Assembly (NCBI GenBank): GCA_947259415.1
Contig: CAMYMI010000013.1
Coordinates: forward strand, 487-64,486
Reading direction: 5' to 3'
Length of the DNA: 64,000 bases
Source: an uncultured Ectothiorhodospiraceae bacterium
GTDB taxonomy: Bacteria > Pseudomonadota > Gammaproteobacteria > UBA9214
Under the pieces are notes generated by a model that did not search any database, was not told the DNA's origin, and saw only the letters and a program-made list of their open reading frames with translations. How positions within the stretch are numbered: the first letter of the stretch is position 1; each line of letters begins with the position of its first letter. Both the position numbers and the translations under genes were made by a program. Positions 62,315-64,000 of this stretch are shown here, piece after piece.

Positions 62315-62512
62315 GTACTACTCCTCTACAGCACGCTTTTTATTGCGGTAATGCCGGGCTGCTTGTTGTTGTTTTATATTCAATGAGCAGGCTGGTTAAT
62401 CAATCGCCCGCGTACGCCATATCGTTTTGTTCGGGTCCTGATTTTTTATATCTTTACTCATACGAAATATTTTACGGGTTGTATCAGTCTTTGCTCCTGG
62501 TTTTATGATTGA

Positions 62513-62760
62513 TCCCTCTCCCTGTCCCTCTCCCGGAAGGAGAGGGGACGTTTAGATTAGGCTCAATATATCCCCTTATACTCCCTCTCCCTGTCCCTCT
62601 CCCAGAAGGAGAGGGGACGGTCAGATTAAGCTCAATATATCTCCTTGTACTCCCTCTCCCTGTCCCTCTCCCGGAAGGAGAGGGGACGTTTAGATTAGGC
62701 TTAATATATCCCCTTATACTCCCTCTCCCTGTCCCTCTCCCAGAAGGAGAGGGGACGTTC
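62513..62760 (+). repeat. Tandem array of 69-bp REP-containing units
   Basis: tccctctccctgtccctctccc.gaaggagaggggacg...agatta.gct.aatata units at 62513, 62582, 62651 and 62720, alternating A/B variants. Confidence 0.92.
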
Positions 62761-62783
62761 TATTTATGCTCGCTGCTATCTCG

Positions 62784-62900
62784 TTTACCCCCTCTCCCTT
62801 TGGGAGAGGGTTGGGGAGAGGGGGCCTCAATCAAATAACTGTGTATCTGCCCAAGTACCGCATCGATATCACCCAGTATTTCATGACTCCATAACCGCAT
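62784..62900 (-). pseudogene. Duplicated 3' end of the DUF559 gene
   Basis: Near-identical to 62953-63069 (EILGDIDAVLGQIHSYLIEAPSPQPSP). Confidence 0.85.
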
Positions 62901-62943
62901 GTCTGTTGCATGGCCATCATCAGAGTCAGAGAGTTCCAAGTTG

Positions 62944-63318
62944 TTAAGCAATTTTACCCCCTCTCCCTTCGGGAGAGGGTTGGGGAGAGGGGGCTTCAAT
63001 CAAATAACTGTGTATCTGCCCAAGTACCGCATCGATATCACCCAGTATTTCGTTATTCCAGAATCGCATGACCTTATAATCCATAGATTCGAGAAACAGG
63101 CTTCTCTCTAAGTCTTCTTCTATCTGCTCCAGATGTTGTCCACCATCCACCTCGACTATCAATCTTACTTTCAGGCACAGAAAATCGACAATATAGGGTT
63201 CAATGACCACCTGACGCCGAAACTTGTAGCCTGCCATTCGATGAGCGCGTAAGTATTTCCATAGCGCATGCTCCGCATCAGTGGGCTGTTGGCGTAGCTT
63301 CCTTGCTAGCGATTTCAT
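62944..63318 (-). CDS. DUF559 (Vsr-like) endonuclease
   Basis: AR.LR...TDAE..LW..LR, KFRRQ, YIVDF.C, VEVDGGQH and RFWNNE. The C-terminus is encoded by a REP. Confidence 0.92.
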   Translation of the reverse strand: MKSLARKLRQQPTDAEHALWKYLRAHRMAGYKFRRQVVIEPYIVDFLCLKVRLIVEVDGGQHLEQIEEDLERSLFLESMDYKVMRFWNNEILGDIDAVLGQIHSYLIEAPSPQPSPEGRGGKIA

Positions 63319-63327
63319 TTCTTATTA

Positions 63328-63500
63328 CTCCCTCTCCCTGTCCCTCTCCCGTAGGGAGAGGGGACGGTCAGATTAAGCTCAATATATCCCCTTATACTCC
63401 CTTTCCCTGTCCCTCTCCCGGGGGAGAGGGGACGGTCAGATTAAGCTCAAAATACCCCCTTATACACCCTCTCCCTCAGGGAGAGGGTTGGGGAGAGGGG
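63328..63500 (+). repeat. Further copies of the ~69-bp REP unit upstream of DUF559
   Basis: cctctccctgtccctctccc...gggagaggggacggtcagattaagctcaa twice, plus a terminal REP. Confidence 0.88.
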
Positions 63501-63672
63501 ATTGAAAAAAGGCAATTGCCTGATTTGGATCCCCTCATCCTGGTCATTAACGGCCTCCTGCTTTCCGCGGCAATGTATAGGAAGTTCGTATGTCGCGAAT
63601 CCACATGAGTGTACAAATACAACCACATGTGCCTCCCTGTGCCTCGTCTTTCTCCCTGGAACTGATAGTTTC

Positions 63673-63805
63673 AGGGAGCCTCTGATTAATTGATTTGTGA
63701 CGTCATTGCGAGCACAGCGAAGCAATCTCTTGACAATACGATCAACGAGTTACAGATTGCTTCGTCGCTGCGCTCCTCGCAATGACAAATTAATCAGACC
63801 TTCCT
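63673..63805. mobile_element. MITE-like element with a nested GTCATTGCGAG palindrome
   Basis: Outer inverted repeat tctgattaatt/aattaatcaga; inner gtcattgcgag..gaagcaatct / agattgcttc..ctcgcaatgac. Confidence 0.65.
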
Positions 63806-63816
63806 TAGCTATATGC

Positions 63817-63999
63817 TCACCCTAGCCTGTGGGTGGTCTTGAACAGCCGCGTGGCAAGGATCTCGTTCAGGTTTCTGAATACCTTGGTGGCGATGTAGGG
63901 GTAGCGTTTGCTGAGCCGCTCGAGGTTGCTCTGGGTCAGCGACAGCAGGCGGCTGTCCTCGGTGGCATCGACATCGGCGGTGCGTTTTTCATAGAACAG
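63817..63999 (-). CDS. C-terminal cNMP-binding domain of a gene continuing beyond the window
   Basis: Hand translation of the minus strand gives LFYEKRTADVDATEDSRLL...RYPYIATKVFRNLNEILATRL*. Confidence 0.75.
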   Translation of the reverse strand: MFYEKRTADVDATEDSRLLSLTQSNLERLSKRYPYIATKVFRNLNEILATRLFKTTHRLG

Positions 64000-64000
64000 C

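Noticed and set aside
62513-62760. CRISPR array
   Set aside because: The sequences between hairpins are near-identical rather than unique spacers, the unit is 69 bp, and no cas genes are present.
62509-62838. ORF with PLPVPLPEGEG repeats
   Set aside because: It is simply the translation of the 69-bp REP array. The same applies to other PSPQPSP/GRGLGRG ORFs at 54.8-56.7 kb and 63.3 kb.
62784-63069. Diversity-generating retroelement TR/VR pair
   Set aside because: Mismatches are not confined to adenines of either copy, and no reverse transcriptase is in the window.

Overview
This window looks like a gammaproteobacterial chromosome segment, probably from a microaerophilic or sulfur-cycling lineage. 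That placement is an inference from rquA, YeeE, c-type cytochromes, a cbbO remnant and FNR boxes. The left ~26 kb is a mosaic of housekeeping genes (sbcB, namZ, pgm, acr3), accessory genes and mobile-element scars: a tRNA-Ser-linked RtT-like repeat, an IS30 pseudogene and three collinear IS91 fragments. It also holds a PycTM/DUF3616 fusion, a theta-carbonic-anhydrase-like protein and a YeeE/NPC-repeat/DUF6969 operon. The right ~38 kb is a dense cyclic-nucleotide and envelope-signalling super-cluster. It contains a PP2C/RsbW/STAS partner-switching module running into an Mla/MCE transporter with no separate mlaB, a GAF-GAF-PAS adenylate cyclase, an MBL-fold hydrolase, DUF928 and a CHASE2 class III cyclase with non-canonical base-specificity residues. 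It also contains a Cys-rich Sec-signal RTX protein, a TpsA/TpsB pair, an exported TPR-CHAT caspase-like protease, a CRP-family regulator, a split NTT-HEAT plus cNMP-binding pair and a further cNMP-domain gene at the window edge. This cluster is the best candidate for an undescribed system. Intergenic DNA on the right is filled with CCCTCTCCC REP-like palindromes, most densely around a DUF559 nuclease gene. All family assignments come from motif recognition by eye; no database searches were run.
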